NCBI GenBank assembly: GCA_964016885.1
Contig: OZ024743.1
Span: 343,666,001-343,730,000 of the forward strand
Direction of reading: 5' to 3'
DNA from: Eledone cirrhosa
Taxonomy: Eukaryota
Length of the DNA stretch: 64,000 nt
Part shown: in pieces, positions 27,035 to 38,158 of the stretch
How the letters are laid out: every line of letters begins with the position of its first letter
Position numbering within the stretch: the first letter of the stretch is position 1
Translations under genes and position numbers: made by a program
Notes under the pieces: model-generated
What the model was told of the DNA's origin: nothing
Database searches by the model: none
What the model saw: the letters and a program-made list of their open reading frames with translations, nothing else

Positions 27035-29134
27035 ATGGCTACCAAAAAAAAAAAATTTCATACGTCACTCCCACTCATTCCGTCTTCTTCTTCCTCAATC
27101 ATCACTACAGGAGAGAGAAGATTGTCTCTCTCCCTCCCTTCTTTAAATGTGTCTCTCTCCCTACCTTCTCTTTCGCAAGCGACGAAAGAAAAGAAAAGTC
27201 TCGTGCAAAGCGTGCAAGGTTTCTCCACGACGACGACGACAGCGACGAAACAGGTGTGCGGGAAATACGAAAACCCAGTTCATTCGTCTGACGTCAGGAA
27301 TAATAGCAGTAGCAGCCGTAATAACAACAGCAACAGTGACAATGAAAACAACAGTAGCAGCCGCAACAGCATCACCAGCAGCATAAACAACAACAGCATT
27401 AGCAGCAGCAACACCAACAACAACCACAGCAACAGCGGCGGAGGCAGTAGTCGTAGTACCTGCAGCAACAACAAAAGTACCAGCAGCTCTGACGACAACA
27501 ACAACAGCAGAGAAAAACCAATCTCATTTGCAGGTATTGCGAAAAACCTGGAAACAATCCTCATAACAAATGAGGAATTAGAGGAAGCGAAGAAGATGGT
27601 GACAAAGAACGGACACCGAGCAATCTGCAAGGCAGCGAAAAATTTTTTCGAAACCCAAGAGCACTGTACGGTCACGTACCGTACAGTAAGTACAAAATCC
27701 CGTAGGGTGGAAAGAGCCACAGAGGCCCAAATACAAAAAGCCTTGGGGTCTGTGTGGCAGAGGAAAACGCACATCACCCGAGGCAAAAAATACGCCACCG
27801 TAGACGTACTTTTTGCCACACCCCAGGAGGCAAAGGCCCAATCAGTAGTGACCCTAAGGAGCGAGGAAATGGTGTTGGTGCCCTCCTACTGCGGGCAAAA
27901 AATTGTGAGGGTCAAACTGACCCACGTCCCCCCCGGAATGACCCCTTCTTGGCTGGCCGCGTCTGTCCTCGTCGGAATCGAGGACAAAACAACTGTACTG
28001 CAAGTACAGAAAAAAGTAAGAGAAGATTGGGTCGGCTCCTCCATTGAGATGCTAATCCAAACCAACCAGGAGTGCATCGAAGCTATCCCGGATGTGATAG
28101 ACTTCGATAACGGCACTCAACTGCCCATAAGTGTTGAGGGCAAACGCCCGAAATGCTTTCGCTGTGGATCGAAGACTCACCTCAGGGCCTTCTGCAACGA
28201 GAAGACCCTGAGAAAGGAGAAAACCCCCCTCCTCCCGAATCCGGTTCCACGGCTACCAGCAACAGGACAAGCGGCAACCAGGAACGATAGGTCCGTGGCA
28301 CCCATACCCACTCCACGGAAATCAAAGACAGCAGCAGCAGTGGAAATATTAACAACAACAACAGCAATACCAAATGCAGCTGCAACAGAGACTCCAGTGC
28401 AAACATCACCAACAACAACAAGTGAAAGAGTGGAGCTGGTACCCCTCCCCGACCTTACAGAATCAGACATGGAGTGTGAGGTGGGAGAGGGATGGCAAAA
28501 GGTCTCAAGAAGGCACAAACGCAGAAGCAGCGCATCGTCGCCTTTGAAAAGGGAGGAAAGAAATGAGAAAAGGGTAAAGTCTACTGCAAAGAGACCCACA
28601 GCAGCAACACCACCAACACCATCACCACCCACACCAGCACCACCATCACCACCGGCGACAACCCCACCGCCAACAACACCTTCAACACCACCACCACAAG
28701 CACCAACATCGCAAACACAGCAACAAAACACACACACCCAGCAACAACGACAAGAAAATAGCAGAACCACACCCCACCCCCAGAAAAACAAATGCACGGC
28801 AATAAACACACACAACAAGAAACTAATGACTTACATAATTGAACACACAGACATTTCACAACAGGACTACATAATACCAGCACCAATCAAAACGCCAACT
28901 AACATAAGACTGCTAAAAATAGCACAGAAACAATACACAAACATTAAAACGAAATTCCCCAACGCAGTTGGTGATTTCAGGGACCTAGGAGGAACCATTA
29001 ATCGAAGAGTATATTCAGACATTCTCTTAGAAGAGCCGACGACCAGCCGAAGGGACGATTCAACGGTCCCTTCACCAGACGATCAAGTGAAAAGGGATGT
29101 AAAAACCATCCCTCCTCTACCAAAAATACGGTAA
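27035..29134 (+). CDS. ORF1p (699 aa from first ATG): N/S-rich tract, RRM-like core, one CCHC knuckle, P/T-rich linker
   Basis: CFRCGSKTHLRAFC = C-x2-C-x4-H-x4-C; ISFAGIAK and WQKVSRRHKRR motifs typical of LINE ORF1. Confidence 0.85.
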   Translation: MATKKKKFHTSLPLIPSSSSSIITTGERRLSLSLPSLNVSLSLPSLSQATKEKKSLVQSVQGFSTTTTTATKQVCGKYENPVHSSDVRNNSSSSRNNNSNSDNENNSSSRNSITSSINNNSISSSNTNNNHSNSGGGSSRSTCSNNKSTSSSDDNNNSREKPISFAGIAKNLETILITNEELEEAKKMVTKNGHRAICKAAKNFFETQEHCTVTYRTVSTKSRRVERATEAQIQKALGSVWQRKTHITRGKKYATVDVLFATPQEAKAQSVVTLRSEEMVLVPSYCGQKIVRVKLTHVPPGMTPSWLAASVLVGIEDKTTVLQVQKKVREDWVGSSIEMLIQTNQECIEAIPDVIDFDNGTQLPISVEGKRPKCFRCGSKTHLRAFCNEKTLRKEKTPLLPNPVPRLPATGQAATRNDRSVAPIPTPRKSKTAAAVEILTTTTAIPNAAATETPVQTSPTTTSERVELVPLPDLTESDMECEVGEGWQKVSRRHKRRSSASSPLKREERNEKRVKSTAKRPTAATPPTPSPPTPAPPSPPATTPPPTTPSTPPPQAPTSQTQQQNTHTQQQRQENSRTTPHPQKNKCTAINTHNKKLMTYIIEHTDISQQDYIIPAPIKTPTNIRLLKIAQKQYTNIKTKFPNAVGDFRDLGGTINRRVYSDILLEEPTTSRRDDSTVPSPDDQVKRDVKTIPPLPKIR

Positions 29135-29169
29135 GTGGTCTTTCCCATCTTTTCCACTCTATTTTAAAC

Positions 29170-32100
29170 ATGACCTCACTCAGAATAGGCAGCATAAATG
29201 CGCGTGGCTTGGGGTCGTCATGGAAGCAGGGTCACCTGCTCAACGACCTCAGGTCACTAAACATAGATGTAGTGGCCATCAGCGAGACCAGAATCTCCGA
29301 AGCACGGGCCTTCGCACCGATCTTCGGCGGCTACGATGTGTACGCATCTCCCAGCCGTCCTGGATCGGGTGGAGGAGTTGCTGTGCTTTTTCGGAGAGGT
29401 TTGGATCTCGCCATACGGGCCATCTTCCTGGACCCAGAGGGTAAGCTGGTGGTGCTGGACGTGACCAGCGGAGACGGGCAAGCTTTCAGGCTAGTGGCCG
29501 TCTATGCCCCGACAGGAGCAGGGCGGCCTGATTTCTTCCGGCGTCTGGAGACCTTTCTTGGAACGTCGCGCTCTTTAGTGTTAGTGGGAGACTGGAACGG
29601 GATCTTAGATGCACGCTGGGACTGTGTGGGATTAGCGGATAGGGGTGGAGGGTGCAAGAGCCTCACCAACCTGCTCAGGCGTTTTGAACTGTCTGACAGG
29701 TACCGATTGGATTTCCCGAATGTGCCAATGTGGACTTGGACAAACCGCATAGGGTCATCCAGATCATATCTAGATAGAGTATTTTGTAGGGAAATAGATA
29801 GGTCTAGCATAGGCTGTCCACAATTCAAGATAGTCAGCTACACGGACCACAAATTCGTGATCTGTGTGCTTGACTTAGATAGGCTTCATAGACGAGGACC
29901 CGGCTACTGGAAGCTAAACGCGTCCTTACCAGCGCGCAAGGCCTACAGAGACCGGATTAGCGAACTAGTTAAGCGGGCGTTGACGGGGGCCATCGTCAAC
30001 AACAAGTGGTGGTTTGCTCTGAAAAGAGCGATTAGAATAGAATCGATTAGGTTTAGTAAGGCTTTAGCAATAGAGAAAAATAGAGCAGAGGGAGAACTAG
30101 TTAGAAAATTAGACGAGGCGCTTAGCAAAGGCATTGCGACCGACGTGCTTGCGGCGAAATTGGCCCTTGACCAATTCTTCAATGCAAAGCACGAAGGCTG
30201 CGTTGTCAGAGCTAGGGTGCGTGCTCTCAGACACGAGGGGACGAAAGCCGTTCAATGGGCCCGAGTGGCGGAGGCGCGTCGTGGCAACAAAGCCACGATC
30301 CGGTCTTTGGTGGACCACGACGGGCGCATGCTACTCGATCCCGGGCAAATGTGTGAAGCTTTTCAGCGACACTTCGCTCAGCTGTTCGGGGGCAGCGGGG
30401 GGCCGGGTAGAGGGATGGACTTTAGTGTCTACCTCGACGGACTGCCGCGGCTCTCGGCCACTGAGGCGAAGTGTTGCGAAAAGCCGATAACAGCCGCTGA
30501 AGTAAGGGAGGCAATGACTGGCTGCACAAGGGGTAAATCGCCTGGTTTGGATGGTCTGCCCTATGAACTTTACGTACAGATGCCAGACTTGTTCGGAGGC
30601 CTCTTGGCGGACGTCTACTGCAACTGGCAACAGAACGGGAGAATTCCCAGTTCTGTGAGCCGAGGAGCGGTGGCACTGCTGAGAAAGGATCCGAACAAGG
30701 GGGATAACATAGACAATTTCCGGCCCATAACTCTGCTAAACACAGAGTTTAAGATTTTGGCCAAGGTGCTAGCAAAGAGGTTGGCGCTTGTCGTTGGTGG
30801 TCTGGTGGGAGAGGCGCAGACATGCGCCATTCCCGACAGATCCATCCACGACAACCTCCACCTCATGCGATACATCGTAGAGAGGGTAGCTAGGGAACCT
30901 GGCACGGGTGGGTCCTTGATCAATTTAGATCAGTCGAAAGCTTTCGATAGGGTCGACCATCGTTACCTAGCGGCAGTCCTGAGGGCGGCTGGCTTTGGGC
31001 CCGTCTTCAGAGGCTGGATCGCTGCCATGCACAGCGACATCTGCTCTGTGGTGAGAGTGAACGGTCACCTGTCGGAACCGTTCAACATCATGCGCTCGGT
31101 CCGCCAAGGATGTCCCCTCTCGTCCCTCTTGTACGTATTGACTCTCGAGCCATTACTGCACAAACTGGAGACGTTGAGGGGAGTCCCGCGCGAACTAGGA
31201 TGCGGAAGATCCGTGTCAGCATATGCGGACGATGTCACCGTAGTGGTGTCGAACGCCAAACACATCGAGGCGATCGGCACTACACTAAGAGAATACGAAG
31301 CGGTGACAGGAGCAATGATCAACCAGGAAAAGTCAGTGGGCCTGCAGCTCGGCACCTGGAGAGGCAGGTCCATGCCGTTCAACAGCGTCGTCGGGCGCTG
31401 GACGGACGGACCGGTTAAATTGCTAGGGGTCTGGTTCGGTCCGGACCTCCAGACGGACAAAAACTGGGACGAGGTGACGAGCAGGGTGGCTTCTCTCACC
31501 CAGAAATGGGCGGAGAGGAAGCTATCCCTGAAAGGTCGAGCGGAGGTGGCTAACGCGTACATCGCGTCTGTCATCTGCTACCGCCTAACCGTCGTACCTT
31601 GTCCTAAGCCTCGCCTGACTGCGCTGGAGCGTTTGCTCTTTCGCTTTTTGTGGAAGGGACGTGCTCCGATGGTCAGGCGGTCCATCTGTTGTCAACACCC
31701 GCTACGTGGAGGGCTGGGCATGCCGTGGCTGATGATGCGCAGGCACGCGCTCAGGCTACGACATCTCCACCTCTTCCTCGACGGTGATCAGGTGTGGTCG
31801 CCGTTTGCTAGACGCGTTTTTCCCCAGCTCGTTTCCTTGACGGAGCTGCAGTCCTGGGTCAAGCGAAGACCGAGAGGGAGCGCCTGGAGACTGGAATGTC
31901 TTCAGGCGCTCACAGCCCTCGACCAATCGGGCAATGTGATCGGTGGAAACTCCACCTCGGCGTTCTATAGAGGATTAGTGGAGGGGAAGAGCGACGACGT
32001 ACTTGGGGAAACTCTAGGCGTCGACGAAAATCAACTAGCCAATCTCTTCGGAAGAACCTTCGGGCCAGGGCCTATGGACAACTTCCAGAAATCTCTGGCC

Positions 32101-32589
32101 TGGCAGTGCTACCGAGGAGCCTTGCCAGTTCGGGATAAACTCTACAGGCATGGAGGTGCCGTCAGCCGGGCATGTCCGAGATGCGCGCAGGGCGACGAAA
32201 CCGTCCTGCACGCACTCGTCCAGTGTCCGAAAATTGCTGACTTGTGGGTTTATGTCGAACACCTGCTGTCGCGTTTAGGACGGATCCAGCTATCATCTGA
32301 GTCTATCGTGAGGATTGCCCCGCCCTCCTCCTTTAGCCGGGAAGGGCAGGCAGTTTTTATCTGTCTGGTGGCCATGGCGAAAGAGATAGTATGGTGGACA
32401 CGTTTGAAAGGGCTGAAGACGAGCACTTACCTCTTCGGTGATGCTCTGATTGACTTTTTCAAATTTCATTTGAAAAGGAAAATCAGAGTAGAGAAGGAAG
32501 TGCTCTCTTCCCAGCATTTTGTTGAAAGATGGGTGAGAGAAGCAAGAATGGCCCGAGTGAATGGGCCGACTCTGAGTATATATCTGTAA
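29170..32589 (+). CDS. ORF2p (1139 aa): APE endonuclease, reverse transcriptase, C-terminal CCHC
   Basis: SINARGL, ISET, VYAP, GDWN, LDRVF, TDH; KSPGLDG, FRPITLLN, DQSKAFD, RQGCPLS, YADD, GGLG; CPRC...H...C. Confidence 0.97.
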   Translation: MTSLRIGSINARGLGSSWKQGHLLNDLRSLNIDVVAISETRISEARAFAPIFGGYDVYASPSRPGSGGGVAVLFRRGLDLAIRAIFLDPEGKLVVLDVTSGDGQAFRLVAVYAPTGAGRPDFFRRLETFLGTSRSLVLVGDWNGILDARWDCVGLADRGGGCKSLTNLLRRFELSDRYRLDFPNVPMWTWTNRIGSSRSYLDRVFCREIDRSSIGCPQFKIVSYTDHKFVICVLDLDRLHRRGPGYWKLNASLPARKAYRDRISELVKRALTGAIVNNKWWFALKRAIRIESIRFSKALAIEKNRAEGELVRKLDEALSKGIATDVLAAKLALDQFFNAKHEGCVVRARVRALRHEGTKAVQWARVAEARRGNKATIRSLVDHDGRMLLDPGQMCEAFQRHFAQLFGGSGGPGRGMDFSVYLDGLPRLSATEAKCCEKPITAAEVREAMTGCTRGKSPGLDGLPYELYVQMPDLFGGLLADVYCNWQQNGRIPSSVSRGAVALLRKDPNKGDNIDNFRPITLLNTEFKILAKVLAKRLALVVGGLVGEAQTCAIPDRSIHDNLHLMRYIVERVAREPGTGGSLINLDQSKAFDRVDHRYLAAVLRAAGFGPVFRGWIAAMHSDICSVVRVNGHLSEPFNIMRSVRQGCPLSSLLYVLTLEPLLHKLETLRGVPRELGCGRSVSAYADDVTVVVSNAKHIEAIGTTLREYEAVTGAMINQEKSVGLQLGTWRGRSMPFNSVVGRWTDGPVKLLGVWFGPDLQTDKNWDEVTSRVASLTQKWAERKLSLKGRAEVANAYIASVICYRLTVVPCPKPRLTALERLLFRFLWKGRAPMVRRSICCQHPLRGGLGMPWLMMRRHALRLRHLHLFLDGDQVWSPFARRVFPQLVSLTELQSWVKRRPRGSAWRLECLQALTALDQSGNVIGGNSTSAFYRGLVEGKSDDVLGETLGVDENQLANLFGRTFGPGPMDNFQKSLAWQCYRGALPVRDKLYRHGGAVSRACPRCAQGDETVLHALVQCPKIADLWVYVEHLLSRLGRIQLSSESIVRIAPPSSFSREGQAVFICLVAMAKEIVWWTRLKGLKTSTYLFGDALIDFFKFHLKRKIRVEKEVLSSQHFVERWVREARMARVNGPTLSIYL

Positions 32590-32850
32590 ACTAAAGGTGG
32601 AAAACTGGGAGAGGGCACTTGCCTTGGTGGTCAGGGTCATTGTGGCTTTTTACTGGGCTTTCTCCACAAATGTCCCTCCGAAGTCTCCCCCCTATTGGGG
32701 AATTTTTCATTGTTATTTTCATTGTTATTTTTGTTACATCCTCTATTTTTGTTTTTTTTACACGCAGAAATGCCCATTTGTACCGTCCTGCATTGTCCTG
32801 CACTGTCCTTAATGTCTACTTTATGTAAACCCTTGTGGTTAATAAAGAAA

Positions 32851-32912
<62 letters not shown>

Positions 32913-35900
32913 GTTCTTTGAGTCTCAGTCATTGATGTTAGTTAACTGGAAAGTTTGTTGAAATGAATATCAAGCCACTACCTGCAGCCTCAGATATTCA
33001 GGACGTATCGGAGGGTTCTTGCTGTTCCCAGCAAGCATGCCTTTTGAAGCGTTCCAAAAAGCGTGGCGGGGCCAATTTTCTTTAACCATCCCTGGAAACT
33101 TTTTGAGATAGTACCTAGTGTGCCTATGACAGTCGGGACCACTTTGACTTCATGGCAGTTCCAAATCCTTTTTACCTCCCACTTTAAGTCCTGGTATCGG
33201 TTAATTTTCTACCTCTCCTTCTCTTGCACTCTCGTGCCGAATGGGCAGGCCACATCCACAATCAGGCACGATCTTTTTTCCTTGTCCAAAACCACCAGGT
33301 CAGGTCTATTGTGTTCCAGTTTCTTGTCCGTCTGTATCTTAAAATCCCACAGCACCTTCACCTGATCGTTTTCTATCACCGACTCTGGCTTATGCTCATA
33401 CCACTTCTCAGAATGTGGTAAATTGTTTACTTTGCATAGGTGCCAGTGGATCACCCTGCCCATCACATCATGTCTCCAGCCTTTATAGTGAGTCTGGGCT
33501 AGGTGTTTACACTCGGATACTATGTGAGCCACAGTCTCCTCTCTCTCTCCACAGATCCTGCACAATGGGCTAGCCTCCTCCTTGTAAATGTGGTGTTTCA
33601 GCCACTTCGTTTTGAGGGCCTGTTCTTGCGCAGCCATTTGCATTCCTTCTGTAACCTTTTTAAGGTCTCCTCTTCTCAACCAGTTCCATGTCTGTGGATC
33701 TCTGAAATCCGTTTTCTCAAAGAAGGTACTATGAAGGGATTTTTCATGAAGGTTGCTCTTTCTCCTCGTTGTTATTTCCTCCTTGGACATCCCCTGGTCT
33801 ATTGTCCTCTCCTTCAGTACAATTCTGAGCATTGGCTCCTTACTATCGGTCACGTATTTGTGTAGGTTGTTTTTCTCCATCTGAACACAGTCCTCTATGC
33901 TGATAAGACCTCTTCCACCTTCAGATCTCCTTAAGTAGAGTCTATCGACATCACTCCTCTTGTGGAACATGTTGTAGATAGTCAATAGCTTCCTAGTCTT
34001 CCTATTCATTTCTTTTTGTTCAGCAACATTCCATCTCAGAATTCCCGCACTGTACCTAATAATAGACACAGCTCGGGAATTTACTGCACTTATGGCATTC
34101 CTACTGCTCAGATGTGACTTTAATACGCTCCTTACTCTCCGAATGTATTCAGATCTTATCAATTCCTTCATTTTTTTGTTCTTGATGTCATCAGCCTCCA
34201 GAATACCCAAATACTTGTATCCTTCTTCAGTGTCAATTTCTTTTATCATCTCACCTGTTGGTACCTAGATTCCGTTGCTTCTGCTCAATTTAGCCCTCTT
34301 CATCACAAGGACTCCACACTTACTAATACCAAATTACATACATATATCATTGCTGAAAATACGGACAGTGTCAACAAGCACATCCAACTCCTTCTGACTC
34401 TTCTCGAAGAGCTTAAGATCGTCCACGAAGAGGAGGTGATTGATGGTAAGCTTTCCCTTTCCCATCTTGTATCCTGCTCTCACGTTTCGCAGTATAATGG
34501 TCAGGGGCATCAGGGCAAGGACAAACAACAGAGGGGACATACTATCTCCCTGGAAGAGACCTCTCTTGATCTTCACGCCTCCCAAGGATTCTCCAGCTGA
34601 TGTTAACTCTGTTTTCCAGGACTTCATACTTTTGCTCAACAACTGTCTGCCACCTTGAAGATCTCTAGGATTTTGGTGATCCAAGAATGAGGCACCATGT
34701 CAAATGCCTTTTTGTAGTCTATCCATCCCATGGCAAGACCAGTGTGTCTCCTCTTGCAATTCCTCATTACCATCTTATCAATAAGTAACTGGTTCTTTGT
34801 ACCACGGGACTTCTTTCGGCATCCTTTCTGTTCGTCCGGTAACAAGTTGTTTGTGTGGAGGTGATGGTAGATTTCCTCAGACACAATGCTTGTCAACAGT
34901 TTTCACATTACGGACAGACATGTGATAGGTCTATAGTTGGTAACATCATTACCCTTGATTCGGTCTTTCATTACCAGAACTGTGGTACCTTTTGTCAACC
35001 ACTCTGGTACCTCACCTGACATCAAGCAGTCATTGAACATGGTTGTCAGTTTCGGGTGGAGGGATGTTACATTTTTAATCCAATACCCCTGCACACCATC
35101 TGGGCCTGGTGATTTCCAGTTGGTTAGTTTTTTGGCCTGCCCCTTGAGAGTTTCAACTGTGATACTCCAATCAGTTTTTTGGTCTGTCTGTTCACTAATC
35201 TCCTTTTCTACTGTCTCAATCCACACTGCCTGGTCATTATATTTAACATCCTGCTCCCATATTCCTCTCCAGAATGTCTTAGTTTGTTCCGCCTCAGGGA
35301 TCAAGTCGTTGCCTCTTTCTTTCCCTTCAAGCTGTCCAAACAGCATCTTCTGGTTGTTGTCAAACATGCGGTTCTGTCTATACTGACTGACTCTGCTCTC
35401 GTATCGCCTAATTTTTGCACTCTTTGCTACAATGCGTTGCTTCAGTTCCTCTATGATAATATTTAGCCTTTTCCTCCTAGTTTTGTACTTTATTCCAGTC
35501 TATTTAGGTGTCTATGGTTTTTAGTGTCCCACTCAGTAGGGACTCAAGCTTTCCAATGTCATTTCTAATTTCCCTGATTTGACCATTCAATCGTTTCTTC
35601 CACCAAGGTTCTGATCTTTCTTGTTTGTTGTTTCCTCTCGCTTTTATGCCAAGTAATTTCCTCACCGCATTTTCTGTTGCTTTGAGGATATTGTTGCACT
35701 GGTGAAGGCTCCTCGCCTCAAGGTATGGGATGACTTTGTTTACCTTAGCTGTTGTTTCTTTTAACTTTTTCCTGTCTACAAATCTTAGGTTCATAGATTT
35801 TCCACTATCATTGTTCATTTCATCTACAACTAAGTTTAGGATATCAACCAAATCTTGCCCTAGCCCGTCAGCATTCATCTCCTCAATGGGCGTATCCATT

Positions 35901-36515
35901 TTCCAGGTATTATTTATTTCAGCATTCAGATCATTGTCTGCTTCGGATGGTTCCTCCGTTCTCTCAACCTCTTCACCTTCATTTCCCACTGGCTCATTTG
36001 CCTGGCATACTCCACTCTCCATTTCCAACCTAATCTCTTTGCTCAGTTCCTCCACTTCCAGCTCGCTTATCCACCCATTAGTTCTTATTACCCGAGCCTG
36101 CCTGGCCAATTTTTGTTCATCTAATTTAAATAGACCAATCTGGTTCCAGATGTTATGCATCCGTTTCCTATAGCCTTTCTCCTTGGGGTTAGTCTTCAGG
36201 TAACATTGCATAACAGTTCTATTCAATTCTTTCGTCCAGTTGGTTCTGGTCCCTTTCCTTCTTCTTCCTCCGACACCAGCAGTATTGGGTTGACAGCCAG
36301 GTCCCTGCTGTTGAGCCAGGGAGCACTGCTGGGCGAGAGTCTGTCACATGACATTCCAGTCCCCACTTCACCGTTATTCGAACTGTTTAGGTTCGACATT
36401 GAAACACTCTTATCGAGGATTGGTGAATGTATGGCTACATAACCACCGGTGATTTCATCACCTCCGGTGATTTCATCACCCTCGGTGATTTTAGCGTGGC
36501 ACTATCACGCTGTAG
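32913..36515 (-). mobile_element. R4/Dong-like RLE non-LTR retrotransposon, near full length, decayed, (AAT)n tail
   Basis: NWTKELNRTVMQCY N-terminus, SPGPDG, NYRPITC, DYKKAFD, GLFQGDSMSP, FVDD, GGRGL, CRIC...H...C, RHD, RPDLVV...VDVACP over several ORF pieces; 3' end runs into (AAT)n. Confidence 0.9.
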
Positions 36516-36803
36516 ACGAACAAACAAATAGGTAAAACAAACAAACAAATAGGTAAAACCCCCCCAAAATAAGCATAAGTTTCATAGTAATATATTTGAA
36601 TGTCTGACTTAGTTTTTCTTGCTTGTCTGTCTGTCTGTTTGTTTTTCTTTTCTTTTTTCTTTTCTTTTCTTTACGTTTTTCGTTGCTGCTGTGCTGTTTT
36701 GATTTTGATTTTTGATTTTTTGATTTTTTGACCGGGTCATCAAATCAGTCTATTTATATCTTTTGATGCCTTCCTCATTTAGTGGGATTACTATGATGTC
36801 TGT

Positions 36804-36949
36804 CTTAGCAGGAGGTAGTGGGAGAGAATAGCGGCGGTAGCGATAATGAGGCAGTGGCGGTGGTGGTGATGTGCTAGTAGTACTTAGCAGGAGGTAGTGG
36901 GAGAGAATAGCGGCGGTAGCGATAATGAGGCAGTGGTGGTGGTGATGTG
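36804..36949. repeat. Local tandem duplication, ~79-bp period
   Basis: cttagcaggaggtagtgggagagaatagcggcggtagcgataatgaggcagtgg occurs at 36804 and 36883. Confidence 0.85.
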
Positions 36950-37087
36950 ATCGTAGTGCTGTAGTGATGGTGTTGAAGTTGACGTAGAAATAGAAGTTGA
37001 GGTAACTTGACTAGAGTTTTGGCGTGGTAGTGGTGATAGTGGCGGTGGTGGTGTTGGTGGTGTTGGTGGTGAAATTATTTGCCTGTC

Positions 37088-37945
37088 TGCTGACCAGTCT
37101 GTACCGGAGGACTTTTGAGCCGGGAACGATGGACAATTTCAAGAAATCCCTCGCTTGGCAGTGCTACCGGGGGGCACTGCCGGCTCGGGATAAACTCTAC
37201 AGGCACGGAAGTGCTGTCAGACGGACCTGCCCAAGTTGCGCACAGAACGACGAAACCGTTCTGCACGCACTTGTCCAATGTCCGTGCATTACTGACTTGT
37301 GGAGTTATGTCGAACAGCTACTGTCGCGTGTGGAACGAATCCGGCTATCGGCCGAGTCCATAGTGAAGATCGATCCACCGCCTTCCTTAGGTCAGGAAGA
37401 GCAGGAAATTTTCCTCTGTCTGGTGGCAGTTGCGAAAGAGATTATATGGTGGACCAGGTTGAAAGGACTAAAGACAGACATTTTTCTCTTCGGCCAATCC
37501 CTCATCAATTTCTTCAAGTTTCACCTGGAAAGGAAGGTGAGGGTGGAGAGAGAAGTGCTTCCCCCCAGTATATTTGCTAAAAGGTGGGTGAATGTGGCGA
37601 GAATGGCTCGTGTGAATGGGCCTACTCTGACCATGCGCCTATAGGCTAGCTAACTTGAGGAGAGGGGTTCTCTCCCTGGGTGCCCTAGAAGCGCAGGGTG
37701 GTTCAGGATTGGTGGGGTACCCGAATCACCCCAGGGTCGTCCACCCTCTATCGGGGAATTTATTTTGTTATTTTTATGCATAGTTTATTTTATATTTTTA
37801 TATTTTCATTGTTAAATTAGTCTTGCCATTGTGCCTCTTTTACTCGACCTTATTGTAAACCCCCACTGTCCCTGCCTTTGTATTGTCCCCTACATGTCGG
37901 CCCTTGTGGCTAATAAATGAAATCATTATTATTATTATTATTATT
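37088..37945 (+). mobile_element. 5'-truncated diverged relative of the Tx1-like family, tail (ATT)7
   Basis: RTFEPGTMDNFKKSLAWQCYRGALP...ARMARVNGPTL aligns to the ORF2 C-terminus; different 3' UTR but ends cccttgtggctaataaatgaaatc(att)n. Confidence 0.92.
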
Positions 37946-38158
37946 GAATGCCATGGTTGACGGAGGCTCGGCTCTGTAAGGTATAGTAATTTTTAACCGT
38001 TAAAACAATTGTAAATTGTTTAAAACTTGAACCAAATTGTTGATAAAGACACCCTCCTCCTCGTGAGAGGGGTCTTTCTGTCCGTTATTTGGCCCTTCGG
38101 GGTTAAATAACCAGTTATTGGGGTTTTGTACCCAAAATTTCATTTTAAACAAAAAAAC

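Larger units (their letters stand above)
26822..32912 (+). mobile_element. Tx1/L1-type non-LTR retrotransposon, copy 1, full length and intact, tail (ATT)20
   Basis: 5' GAATGCCATGG; ORF1 + ORF2 (APE-RT-CCHC); 3' AATAAAGAAATC(ATT)n. Confidence 0.95.

Noticed and set aside
27280-28886. Antisense ORFs (179 aa poly-Leu, 213 aa Gly/Val-rich) repeated in every copy
   Set aside because: Shadow frames of the AAC/AGC/CCA-rich ORF1; recurrence reflects copy identity
36435-36492. CRISPR-like palindromic repeats
   Set aside because: Units abut with no spacers, there are no cas genes, and the context is a eukaryotic LINE UTR
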